Assembly (NCBI GenBank): GCA_000320545.1
Contig: ADNK01001876.1
Coordinates: 1 to 53,513, forward strand
DNA length: 53,513 nt
Direction: 5' to 3'
From: Bigelowiella natans CCMP2755
Lineage: Eukaryota; Protista; Cercozoa
Below, piece after piece: positions 39,128 to 52,049 of the stretch (the stretch's first letter is position 1; the number at the start of each line of letters is the position of its first letter). The notes under the pieces were generated by a model. It was given only the letters and a program-made list of their open reading frames with translations. It searched no databases and was not told the origin of the DNA. A program made the position numbers and the translations under genes.

Positions 39128-41073
39128 GTAGTAGTAGTACTACCGTGCCGTCCTCGAGCCTCTCCGCAAGTTCTTGTCGCTCCCTCCAAAAGCCCCCATC
39201 GCTCACACTCGCCTCCACGGTGCCACCGCCGAAATAGCGTTTTCTAAGAAGATGACCAACCTCGTTGCGGACGATGAGCGCTCCCAGGCCAGTCGGATAC
39301 CCGATAATCTTATACAGGCTCAAAGACACGAAGTCGGCGGGATGTTGACTCAAGTCAAGAGCATCGGTAGCGCAGAACTTTGCCGCGTCGATGCAAACAA
39401 GCCACCGTCTCCCCCCCCCCCCCTCATTTCCCTCCTTCCTTCTCGGTGTGCATCGCTCTGCCGGGTTATTGTTCTTGCCAGGAGGTGTGCTAGCGGCTGT
39501 GGTAGAGGTGCCAAAGCTGCGGCAAGCATTCTGTTTTGTGTCGTTGCTTATTCCTTTCTTCTCCCTAGTTTCGCCTCCCACTCCCCCCTTCCCTCCCCCA
39601 TCTGCAGCGACAGGTCTATCAGCAGCGGCCCAGGCTTGAGGCAGCTCTCCAGATTTTACATCGCGAAGATACTCGCGGAGAGGCAGTTTTCTTCCGCTAA
39701 AGTTGGATTCGGCAGGGAAGGCGAACAGGCAGTAACTAGTTCTGGACCGGGAGGCGCTCTCATCCTCCTCGCCCCCTCCCTCTTTCTCCTTCCGCTCCCC
39801 TGCTGTCTGAGCGGGCTGTGCTTGTGGCGTCGGTTCCAACATGGCGAGCGTTTCCTCCGGATGGTCCTCATCGACCACGCGCACATGCGCGCGTGAGCGT
39901 AGAGCGTACCTGATTGGATGATGGGGAGAAGGCGGGAGATGGCGTGGAGGTATGGTGAGATGCTGATATTTCCTGTTGCGCACTCCATCAGTCTACTTTG
40001 AACATAATTCCCAAAGCGATAATGCTGAGGCAATTTTGTAGCCCCCCCCCCCCCCCCCTTCTCAAACCCCTGCCACAAACTATACGACGAAGGGGCCGGG
40101 ATAATAGGCAGGCGACAACACATACTCTCGAATGCCAAGGACACTGTTGTGGTTGTCAAGAGTGTAGCAGAATTCGCTCTTCCTGGACCAGGGAAAGCAC
40201 TCGCCCTTCGTGGAATTAAGGATGTTAGCACGTTCAGAAGAAGAGCTGCCGTCGCGTGACGATGGGGAGTGCACAGCAAAAAATTTACAAGAATACTACT
40301 GTCAACCAAGAGCTTAAATCCAGCAGTAGCGCCAGCCGTGAAGACAACGGTGTATCTGCGAGAAGCGTCTCAATCTCAGGTAGGCGAACAGCAGGACAAT
40401 TTCGATTTTGAATGGCTACTTTGTAGGGTCGGCATTCACGTGCTTTAGAACGAGCTGCCTCGCATCATCCACCTCCTTTGTAGTTCTAGTGCAAAATTAG
40501 TCGGTTAGAGCTTCATTCTCGTGACTTTGTGTGCATTATCTTCTAGATCTTGCCCTCAAAGCAATTATTACACCTCTGGCTCGTTGAGCTTTGACTGTGC
40601 GGATTGGCGTAGATGTTCAAATGCAGCTGCCGCATCTGAAGAATAGAATATATGCCAATGAGTATGTATCAACGATTCGAAGTGAAATATGTCGGAGTTG
40701 CTCTTTCGACAATTAGAGCAGGAGCATAGATCAAGCTCCCGCTGTTTGCGGCTTCCAAACGGCCGGAAGTGATGATATTCACAGCATCCACGATATTTCA
40801 TCGCCTTTTCGTTGAGACAAAGCGTCCGGGAATATAAAATATTCGAATTATTCAACGAGGAGCGAGCTTGCGGACACGTACCGCGTTCTGAATCTGAGAT
40901 TCGCCATAAAGCGTCGCCCCTGCGTGGTCGAGGTATGTCAACCCTGAGGCAGCAGAGCTTCCTTCCTTGACATCGCCCCCCCCGCTCAACCGTTTAAACT
41001 CCCTCTTACGGAGATCATCCAGCTTGCCTCCGTAGCCATAACCCGGGAGCGGAGATGGCTCCTCCTCCTCCAT
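34886..41073 (-). CDS. MOCOS: Molybdenum cofactor sulfurase (NifS-like PLP domain + MOSC domain); multi-exon
   Basis: [75 protein letters not shown] (PLP Lys), [25 protein letters not shown] (catalytic Cys), [50 protein letters not shown]. Start 41073; stop 34886-34888. Confidence 0.95.
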
Positions 41074-41212
41074 TCTACTCCACACCAGTAAGGCTGCTCT
41101 GGGCTTGGGTTCTTTGGCAATGACCGAAAAATTAAATTAGAAAACAATTTTTGATACTTTTCGGTTAGCACAAAACATGGGTACACAAGACGACTCGAAG
41201 AAATAAGAAATC

Positions 41213-44200
41213 ATGGATGATTTGCAAGTCGTTACCAGAACACACTCGGCAATCGGTCCTTGAAGACTCGTCATCTTGAAACATATTTCTCCTTCAATGT
41301 GCATGTCGCAGAGTGGTAATTCCCTGCGTAAGAACAGTAGGAACATGGGGATACTCTGTGGGTAGAACTTGGTGAAATAAGACCACGTGGAATGTAACTT
41401 AGTGCTGGTGGCAGATCCTCTCGTCGGCAATCATAGGTGGAACGCCGTTAGATTCGCGTAGTTTGGATCGATGTAGAATGATTCTGGACAAAAATGTCCT
41501 GCTTTATCGGGATGCGATGCGTTCGGACGAGGAGGCGTTCTTCTCATTTTTTGTCGGATATTCTGCTCTGAATCAATGGCTTAACAGAGCGCCGCTGGTC
41601 GACAACCCTTTCCGACAGGAGAACGAGTTCTTAGATCAGTTGATCGATCGACATAATGCTAGGGGAGAAGCAACAGGTATCTCAACTGAATTGTGATATG
41701 AAATATGCAAAGCCCAACTAACATTGGAATGTTGTTCGCGAGATCGTTGTGGTAAAAGAGATAGTCAATGCAAAGTATTTTGCACCACAAATGCTGATGA
41801 CTTTATGATCCTGTTATCGTGCCCTGATTTATGCTCCTGATCAGGGATGGCTAAAGAAAAAGTCAAAGCACTTTTTGGGGATTTGGCAGAAACGTTACTT
41901 CGTTGTCAACCTTGACAAGGCTGAATTGGAATACTTTGAAAGTAGAAGCTCATGGATTTTCCTACATGCTAATTACTTCACGTATATTCATTTAAATTTG
42001 ACAGAAGGCAATAGTGAATACATCAAGACTGCAAAGCCAAATGGTTCCATCCAATTTACAGATATCATTGCAGTGGAACCAGAAACCAAAAGTCAGTCGG
42101 ATTTCATTGTATCCATACGGACAGACACGTAAGAGTTTCCTCATCAACCCTCCAGTAGAGTCTGAAGTTCACTACGTTCACTGGCATGATCAGTAATTAT
42201 AGGAGCAAAGAACGCAAATTTCTCCTTCGAGCTCCAAACGCTGAAAGTATGCATAACTGGATAAGACATCTCAAGAATGTCAGATGAATCACACCATTCT
42301 TCCACAGGCTACAAGTAATTGCTTCCTAATCCTTCTGCTTAAATTTTAGGCAATTATTGGACATAAAAGATCAGCAAGTTGTCTGCCTCCAGGGATAGAA
42401 AGGAGCCCACTTAAACTCGGTTCATCTGTTCGGAGGTGAGTTCATCTTCATGCGCCAACTTCGTCCTGATTAAGTTGGTTCGCTGTTTTCTTTATTCAGA
42501 ACTGGGTCGATTACTTCCTTAAGTAGTGGTCATGGTCATACGCATAAGGTAAAGGGAGATAGAGCTGTGATGAGACGAAACAGACTCTCAAAAACAAAGG
42601 TTCCATTGCTGTTTGGAAATACTGCTCCCAATAAACTATGAAGTCTTTATAATATGTATGACAGTTTGCACGGATGAATGGAAAAGTGCCCAATAATGGG
42701 AAGAGTTCATCTGGCAATAGCCAAACACCTTTTTCAGCTCCTATAACCCCGCTGTCATCGGTAGATTTTAAGAATTTCGAATTCTCCGTCTTTAAATTTA
42801 CGTTCAATATTCTTGATCATGTGTAATATTTTAGAGTAATACTAGAGCATTCATGGGATCTGGAAGACAATCGACAAGAGACAGCGTTCCCAAGTTAAAA
42901 GTAAGTCACTTCTTAGCTCTAAAGATTTGCGTATTTATTAAGACCGCACAATAGAATACGGCTCAAGTCTTGGGACTGCTCGGCTCTAAGGAAGGATGGC
43001 TGGAAAAGAGAGGGGTTGGTAATCGAAATCTCAAAAAAAGGTATATCCAGTAATGTAAAGGAAATAGGTAGCGCTCAAGGTAAGATACTATAACCAGGTT
43101 TTTCCGCATTCACTGGAATCGATTTAGCACGAATAACGATCCAAGTGTAATTTTGGCATACTACAAAAATGGCAAAAGCGGAACTCCTCCTAAGGTTTAA
43201 AGCCAGTGACGATATGAAACTCACAGTCTTGTTCACCATGAGGAAGAGAACAACTAATTTCATCTCTGAACTACGATAAAGGGATCAATGATAATTTATG
43301 GAGATCGCACAGACGTTGATATAAGTAATATTTCCCTCCACAGGATCCTTCCCAAATTAATTGTTTCCATTTATCATCTTGTGTATAGTTTCAAAGACCG
43401 AATTTTTCATTGTTGGCCCGAATCGAAAATTGGAGATAAATGCTCCAAATGAAGAAATAAGGTTTAATGAGTTCACCAGCTCTTACTTCATTAGCGTTTT
43501 GTTTCATCCAACTAATTCAACTTCGGAAATCAGGGATCAATGGATTGGATATTTCGATCGATTAATTGCACACCTTGATGGTAACAATATCTGTAAGTTT
43601 GTGCTCATTTATATATGATATATCCTTTGCAAAGTTTTATGCGATCGGCAAAATGATGACGATGGAGGGCGCATTGCAAATAATGCATTCTGGATTACTT
43701 CGCAACAATTTATAACAAAAGAAGATGATGGTCGTCGACTTTTATCTAATGAAAATTGTTCACGTATTGAATAAATCTTAATCGTCAGGACGAAGGGTTA
43801 GTTTTTCGGGTGAAAAGGTTAATAATGTTCCCAGTTCTATTATTGTGACCACTTACGATATTCTGTTACCAAAGGCGAGATCCGTCACATCGCAAAATTC
43901 GGGAGGTATGGAATTATTTATACTATCGATTTTCCCAATAAATTACTGTTGCTTTCACTAGATTCTGGATCCAGACAACCAATAGAGTTCCCATCTCATA
44001 TATCAGTGCAACTTGTAGCTATTCAGAGGTATTATTTCATGAAAACAAATAACAAAATTTCAAAAATGTTGGGATGTCAGGTTTATGAGTGCCACCTTGC
44101 AAGCTGATGAATGGCTTCTAGCAAATCCTCATCCGTAAGAATCTTCAACACACCTGGAAATCCATGTCTTACTTGATAGTGGCATTAACGTGTGCGTGTA

Positions 44201-47200
44201 CCCGTGTTGTGGTGTTTGGTGCGTGGATTTGTGCTATGTTTCGGCAGCTATGGATGGGAAACCAAACCACCGGGGGAGTTTCTACAATCACTAAGCGATG
44301 GAGTCCTGATTGCAAGGTGTTTTGTTTTTACGCGAACAAAATGTCATATTTTGAACTCATCGAATGAACTTGATTAGGTTTTTTCAGGTGAAACAGCTCT
44401 CAAGCAGTGCATATTTTGATCAAAATGGCTCGATATCCTCATTGATGTGTAATATTTGATAGGCATTAGAGCCTTATGTATTGGACGAAAGAGCACTTAA
44501 CTTGCCCCTTCCTCAAGCCTGTCGGCAAAACAGGTGTTTGGTTTTAATGCATTGGTCTTTTTCATGAAGTCCAACCTTAAATCAGAAGCGAAAGGAAGAG
44601 GAAGGACAGTATCCGCAAACGATCTGTTTTGGGGTATGATGGGTAGATCAAACTCTGATTCATTTGGTATCATTAACAATATATCTTTTTAGAAATATGA
44701 ACGGAGGGCCTATGAAGGAAGAGAGTAACCTAAAACCTGGTGAAAACAACGAACGAAATCGAAGTCCTTCCCCAGGCATCAGGAAGGATCGACAGAGCCC
44801 CACCAACCACATATCGAGCGGATCCCCTTTTGCGATGAATAGGAGACCTTCCGAGAATAGCATTGGAACAAACACCTCGAATGGCGAATTAAATGAGCAT
44901 GAGATGTCTGAAAACCTAACGTTGATAATTCAGGTCAAAAACAAAGAAACAAAAAAGTGTTTCCAATTGAATTCTTAAAATTTGCCATTGTGCATATAGT
45001 CGTGTCGTCCGATAGGTTTAAACGTGAGCTTAAAGCCTATGCACGTCCTTGAGGTATGCTACTTTAAAATGTAAAACTCGAAACCACAATTTTAAAACTT
45101 AGGCTGACCTCAATCTGGATTATGCGGTCAAAGTTATCGACTTCTTATGGTAGCGCCTTACACCATTAAATTGGTATCCTTTACTGATCAACAAGATAAT
45201 TTTGTTAGGAAACTCATCAATAGACATGTGGAGAAAGATTTGAATGTTATAAGAAGTAAGCATTTGCTAGAGCTCGTTATTCGCCAATTTAAGCTTCCAG
45301 ATCCAAAGTAAAAAAATGGACGAATAAGCTTACATTTTAAGTTTTGAAGTATCGTTACAACATAGAGACTGGGAAGACGTTCATCTTCGTCGAATCAAAG
45401 CAATATCGCCATCAATCGTTATGAAAATGTAATGTACACTTTCACTAGTCGAGCCTGTCTGACTGATTATATTCTAAATAGGCTGAAAGCAGAGCTCATT
45501 CATCGCTTAGATCGAATGACCCTGGAGAAATTTCGAAAAAGAGACGAGGTTACATTATCAGATTAGCTGCACTGAGAATTTTAATTTTAAGCTTGTAATT
45601 ATAAAGGCGTTCCATCTCGTCGTCGCCATTGGAGGGTAAATACAATCAGAAGCATAAATAACGCTTGGATGAATTACACCTGAGGGATGATAGGAGTCGA
45701 ACGTAACACTTCTGTTGCTGTGAACGGGTTGGGATTTTAAATTAGGCTTCTAGCTGCGGCCAAGCCAAAACATCAGGGTTTTATATCCTAAATTCTTCTG
45801 TACTTGTAACTCATATCCTAACAGCGTGTTTGAGTAGATCCAATTTTGAAGATTCTTTCGGAAGTTATATCATCCATCGACTCCGCTACTCTAGCTGAGG
45901 AAGATAGAGATGATGTTGAATCTAAGGAGGAAAAAAATGGACCACTGATGTTGAACAATTCAATTGATAAAATGGAAACGGAAAGCTCCGGTGCATATGT
46001 AACCCCCCTTCGTAATAAGATCCAAATAAGATTTATACTCTGATATATTAGGTCTTCAAAGTCCCGATACCGAACTGAGCAAGACAAAATTTATGGAATC
46101 TGTTGCAGGAAAGGCTGGTACAAGTCATATCTTTGTCATTCAGATACCAAGATGAGTTGTACCATTGGACAGATGATGGTGGTGGCCAAAAGGAGAAGGT
46201 GAAAAAGGAAAAAAGGTCTGCAGAAGACGGGCTGTTGCTTACATTCGAGCAACTAGGCATCCTCCAACATGCTGTCGTTTCTATGCTTGATGAGTGTGGT
46301 AAGTACGAACTATGCCACTTAAACGAATTGTCAAAGGAATAGTTGTTCGGATTTAGGCCTAGGAAAAGCAGCGCATTTGCGTGCAACACAAACTTCTCTC
46401 AAAGGTTGAATTCGTCAGAATTTTTCATTATAACTTACGATGCATTTTTTTATCTAATTAGATGGGTTAAAGGAGCAGGAAGACGTGGGAATGAATTTAT
46501 GGTGTTCATTTGTTTTTCAACGGTCCGTTATACCAGGCCAAACACCAGGCATTAAGGTTTTATTGATTCTTTGTAATAATTAACGGTAATGTTTATTTCA
46601 TACTTTTTTTCACGACATGCATACCGAAATTACGAGCGATTTGCATGGAAGAGAGCTCTAATGTCATGATTAATCACACCCGAGTGAAACCAGTGTAGTC
46701 AAAGGAAAATTAATTTAATTCAGGAGATTTTGGGATAAAATACTCGTCTTATGTGTTACATCGTTGGGGAAGGATATCTTCAAGGTTTCATGATTTCATT
46801 GAGGACATATCAGTGTTGGTGTTGGTATTGATGTAAATACTGTCAACTCAGGAACCTTATCTGAGTTCAGATCGGCTTGAGATTCTAAAACAAACGCCGA
46901 AGAGAGCAAGGTTTTTCAGACAACCATATTTTCTATATGCACTTATCATCAGACGTATAGCTTAATGTGTCACTACACTTACAGGGACGAACGCATTCTA
47001 ATTGAATGGATAAATTCCCTCCTTGAATCGTTCATGGGTATTCATCCCCTTTATTTTAATATTGCATCACTACAGCAATTCACGTTTTCATTCAGTTGCA
47101 TTTTTTGGCGTGTGTAGAACAAGCTGCTATGAACAACTCTTCCGGCATGCAAGTTTCACCTCCAGGCATAGTGGCTGTCAATTTATTAGAGCACCATCCA

Positions 47201-49151
47201 TTGATTAATTGGATTTGTCATTAGGTGCAAAGGATAGCACCAAAAAAATCGCATCAACTTCGGATAAAAAAAATACGAAGGTATCCTTTGCTGGAATGAC
47301 AAAGATGTTAAAAGTAATATTTAAGAAATCCTGATATAATTTGAAGGCTTCTTCTTCTCGGACGCCCACCCTGAGCTCTACAAATGAACTCAAAAGCGAT
47401 TCCTCTGTTGTTAAGAACAAGGTGAATATTGAGCAAAGATACAACTTTCTCATGGTGTCCTGATTCTCTTCATTCTGAACCAAACCTCTATACTTAATTC
47501 AGAATCAAGACATAGAATATGAACAATCAATGTTCCAAAGCCAAATGTAACCATGAAAAACCTACTTTTGGTGGTGTATTCAAAACAGTCAATGTATTTT
47601 CAGAACGGCGAAGGCGCACAGTCACATACCACTTCGTCGGATTAAGAATCTTGGGTAATTTTCATCATTTAATACGGTGCTGTTTGTCATAATAAACAGT
47701 CTTTAATAAACAGATTCATTATGGAAGACGGAGGTCTACTTCTCCTGAAGGTAAACAATGTTGAACATCATGTTATGATCACGGCATATATTACTTTGGC
47801 ACAGATTCTTGACATGCTCGAACCAGGATCTGTAGATTGGGAAAAGATAGGATTTGAGCCTATGACTCTTTTCCAGAGATCATTCAACTACAACTCAATC
47901 GTCAAGGTTAGGACCTCATTCAAAAGACTGAGCAATTTCATACGATTTGGTGACTCTAATCGTTTAAATACACACCCATCCATCCACCCACCCACACACC
48001 ATAACACATATATAATTTATATTAATAATTCGCAATTGTGTTAACATGGTTATAGTCTTGCTTAAGCCTTGTTTTAATTTAAAGGTCGCGTCGCTCGAGC
48101 CTTTTATGCTGCAACTAAATTTCATTGGTCATTAATAACTAAATTTCTATTTATATTCAAAGTTCAATGCCCTATCTAGACAAACAAAAACGAAAACGAT
48201 AATGATAATAATTGATGATTAGGTGGTGAGGATCTTGGCAATGGAAATAGAAAACTTACCTTAGCCCTACTATGGCAACTCATGGTGTGTATGTTTCTTC
48301 CTTTTCATTTCATTCATGATATGTTGAACTTTGTGCAGCGTTATCATCTCTATACTTTCTTGGAGCAAGTCCACAAAGTTAGTGTCAACCGCGGGTAAAA
48401 AACTTTGCATATGGTAGTCTATTGGTGTCTAAAGAAACGTATTTTAGTGGCGGACTTGTTCTCGCAATACGCGATGGAGAAACCAGATTTTCAGACAAGC
48501 ATGTACTTGCGTGGGCAAATGAGGTAAATTAATAGAGGGTTCATTAAAGCCTCTGTTGGGATCTCATTTGTGAATCATGTCAGATCATTGAGGAGGCGTA
48601 TGAACTACGCGGAGAACCGGAGATTCCAGATGGAAAATTTTCTCTGACATCGAAATGCAAAATAAGTGGGAAAGTTTGAAAGGCGATCATTTTGGTTCTC
48701 ACTCTGAACAATGTATACCAGGAAGCTTCAAAGAAGATCATTTGAAAGACTCTATCTATTTTATGCTTCTAATTTGGGCCATGAAGCCACTTTCGATAAA
48801 GTGGAGCTTCGTTGCACCAGGCTCGTAGATCATTATTTGCATGTGATGCTGGGCAATATGAGTTAACTATAACGAAATGTAACAGGGAAAACGCAACAAG
48901 AAAAATTGAGAAACGCGAGGTATGTGGTTAGTATTGCCAGAAAGTTAGGTACAATGGTCATGGTTAGCCCCGAAGACATTGTTCAGGTCTGATGTACAAA
49001 AGCTAAACTTCACTGGTGGCGCTTGGCGTCATGATGACTATGGATATTCTTTTTTTGAAATAATGTTGAATATGGAATGAAATAACATTAGGGATCTACA
49101 AAAGTTTTAAAACTCTTCCTTGGAGCACTTCTTGGTCTCACAATCGGCTAA
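41213..49151 (+). CDS. Large multi-exon protein: two PH domains followed by fimbrin/plastin-type calponin-homology actin-binding domains
   Basis: PH1 GWLKKKSKHFLGIWQKRYFVV...FLLRAPNAESMHNWIRHL; PH2 KEGWLEKRGVGNRNLKKRFF...YYKN...KGSM...RDQWIGYF; CH1 SLSDGVLIAR..EPYVLDERALN..SENLTLIIQ; CH3 ERILIEWINSL..DGGLLLKILDMLEPGSVDW..GNGNRKLTLALLWQLMRYH; CH4 SDKHVLAWANE..SFKEDHLKDSIYF..NARYVVSIARKLG..PEDIVQ; stop 49149-49151. Middle exons unresolved. Confidence 0.8.
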
Positions 49152-49172
49152 CTAGCATAATGGCGCAATGTG

Positions 49173-49735
49173 TGAGACGGATGTAATGAAAACGGTTACA
49201 TTTTATCCTTAAGTAGCTATGCTACGCAGCGAGCTAGCTAGCTAGGTGTATGTAAACCTGGTGTTTTTACATCGCGACCGTGCATGACTAGATGAGGGAT
49301 CGTGATTTTTGTAAGTAGTACATAGTGATCTGCGTAGCTAGGTAGCCTCTGTGGCGCTATCTAGCTATAGCGGTCTAGCGGTTGCAACACAAATAGAAAT
49401 GGCCTAGCTGCTAGCCTGGTCACATGCGCAGGCGTAACAAATGAACATTTTACTATGCTATATGGACTGCGCCTGCTAGCGGTATCAGACGTTGCATGTT
49501 GCACTACGCTCATGGATCACAGGAGCTAGACGGCATTTGCGGCAGCTCTAAAGGTTTAGAGGTGCGCACGACTACATTGAACATCACAAGCAGTTTTTCA
49601 TTGCTAGATTGGCTTCGCTGTTCATAGCTAGATAGCCACTTCTAGACTCTAGGACCTGCTAGCCTGCTGCCAAACATCATCTAGATTTTGCACCCCTCAC
49701 ATTACATTTCTATTGCGTGCACGTCATCTAGTTAT
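49173..49735 (-). repeat. CATCCGTCTCA-terminated repeat copy with CTAG-rich body
   Basis: TGAGACGGATGTA at 49173-49185, homologous to 31765-31827 over ~55 bp; 18 CTAG in 49233-49731 (hand count). Confidence 0.65.
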
Positions 49736-49928
49736 GCAGGCATCGTACTTGAATACGTTACAGTTTCTCCTAAAGAACAATCTCATTGAGTCAAAAAATT
49801 GTCGGATGACTGTTGCCAACCCAATCATGACCCATATGCACAACTACAACGATAGCAGCAGCCGTAACCATGAAGGACTGCTTGCGGATAGTAGCTATAT
49901 TAACACTCGTAGCCAGGACGCTCAACAA

Positions 49929-50747
49929 TCACATTGAAGAGAGAACTTCCATTTCGTCGGAAGTTAGGGTGAAACCGTCAAGAGCAAGATCCTCTTTGGT
50001 GTAGTCCTCGTTAGTGCCTTATTTCGATCATAAAAACTGAATCAGAATTTCGCAGCTAAAAAGCCAATGACGTGGACACTATCTAAGCATCGTACGTGCA
50101 GATCGGGGTATTAAGTGGGTGGTGGCAAGAATGCAGCGAGGTGCGAACGTGAGTGTGTGAGTGCTACACAAGGATACGATGTGGCAACTTTGCCATGTGA
50201 AACGGATATCTATCTTTATTATCAATATTCAGCTACTATAGATACCCGGGCTTGTCGTCAGAATGCAATCCTTCTGCAGCACCCACTTCAGTGCGACTTG
50301 TGCGGGCTGTACTTCGTGGTTGTTTGCAATCTTCGCCACTCTCTCGTCCGAGAGGTTCACGTGCCGAAGAGGGCTGTATGCCTGTAATATGATATACATT
50401 TATTCTTGTCAATCGCCTTTATCTTCCCCGTGCCCCCCCCCCCCCCCCCCCCCCTCTCTCTCTGGTATTTAGAAATAATCCTCCTCGTCATCATCACCCT
50501 CATCATAATCATGATCAGTAGTACGTGCTACCTCGTAGGTGATGTTGTTCTTGGCGCAGAAGGATATGGTGGTGTCATCATGATTTCCAACGGACATGGA
50601 ACACTGGTTTACAGAGGGCGGAGCTCCACCGAGGGCAAGGACGCTCTTCAAATGATCCACGTCGAAGTTACTCACGCCTGAGAAGGAAGATTTTGGAAGA
50701 TGATGCTGGAGCTTTTAATTGATTCGGTGAGTGTGGCAGATGGGGAG

Positions 50748-50819
<72 letters not shown>

Positions 50820-51164
50820 CCCCATTTCGTTCCATTGTTGCATCATCAGTCGCTTCTCTTGTCGCAATCCTTATTGCACACGAGAGTTCCTCATCAGCCT
50901 CGGCAGTTATGTTTTTCAAGAATGAGAGACATCCTTATTATTACCTATTGCCCTTGTAAGGTTTTGAGCCAGGGCGTCCTGGAGCCCCAGCCACGTTGCG
51001 ATGTTCCCCTTCGCCGGCAAGCCCTTCATCTCGCAGGGAAAGTGTATGAGCATTAGGTCCACATAGCTCACATTTAGTTCCCGGAGATCCTCCTTCATTC
51101 GCAACATCCAAACAATAACATCATTACCATTGATGGTGATCCCTTGTGACCGCTCTACTATATA

Positions 51165-51214
<50 letters not shown>

Positions 51215-51762
51215 AAATATTTATCTGCTCACGTAAATATCTTGATGATGACATGTTTTGCTGACCTTGATATTTGCCAATGCAGCTTTTCGCGTGAGCT
51301 TGCAAGGAATTTTCGTAGTAATGAAAACTTCATCCCTCGATTTTCCTGAAGCGACCAGGCCCTGAGCGACCTGGTCTTGGTTGTGATAGTCGTAGGCCTG
51401 ATGATGATATAGGGTAGGTACCGCCACCTCATCACATTATTGGGACTACAAGGCGAACGCAACATGAACATGAATACCGTATCGATTCCAACTCCTCCGA
51501 ATTTGAGCCAAAGCTCTAGCTCTTCTGCCATTCCACTTCCATCGTCAGGATGGCCGACGGATATCTAAAAGTGTGAGGGGCACGAACCGTTTGATGAATG
51601 AAGCAAAGGGCCACTTGCGAGTCATCGCTAAAATGTAACCTTTGGCATATCGACTCCATCAGCAATGGGCACGGATTCAGACAGACTCGCTGGGCGATGG
51701 ATGGCAGCAACTGGACTCGCAGTGGCCAAAAGGAGGGAAAAGATGGGGATGGTGGGTCGCAT
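49929..51762 (-). CDS. Aldo-keto reductase with N-terminal signal peptide; about 7 exons
   Basis: MRPTIPIFSLLLATASPVAA leader; catalytic tetrad in GIDT|AYDYHNQ, VFITTKIP and VDLMLIHFP; RAIGVSNF, PSVNQ, AYSPL, PAQVALKWVLQ, FTLTSDEM; stop 49929-49931. Confidence 0.92.
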
Positions 51763-52049
51763 GGTGTGGTTTGTCGCAGTGGTTCCGACTGGGGGAGATG
51801 ACTTCGAGATTACGACAAATACATTGTTATGTCGCACTAAATAAATGCCAAATATTTTGCCACGAAAGCGAACCCTACCGGGATACCTGCAAAAATGCCA
51901 AAACTTAAGGCCAAAAACTAGTTACGACAAAGTCATAGAATCACATCTATTTTTGGCAACAGACACACGCTTATGATAACTGCCAGGAGCTTGGAGTAGC
52001 TAGATCTACGATCTATTTCGTAGTAAAAAGTGACCAAGTTGTTTGTTGT

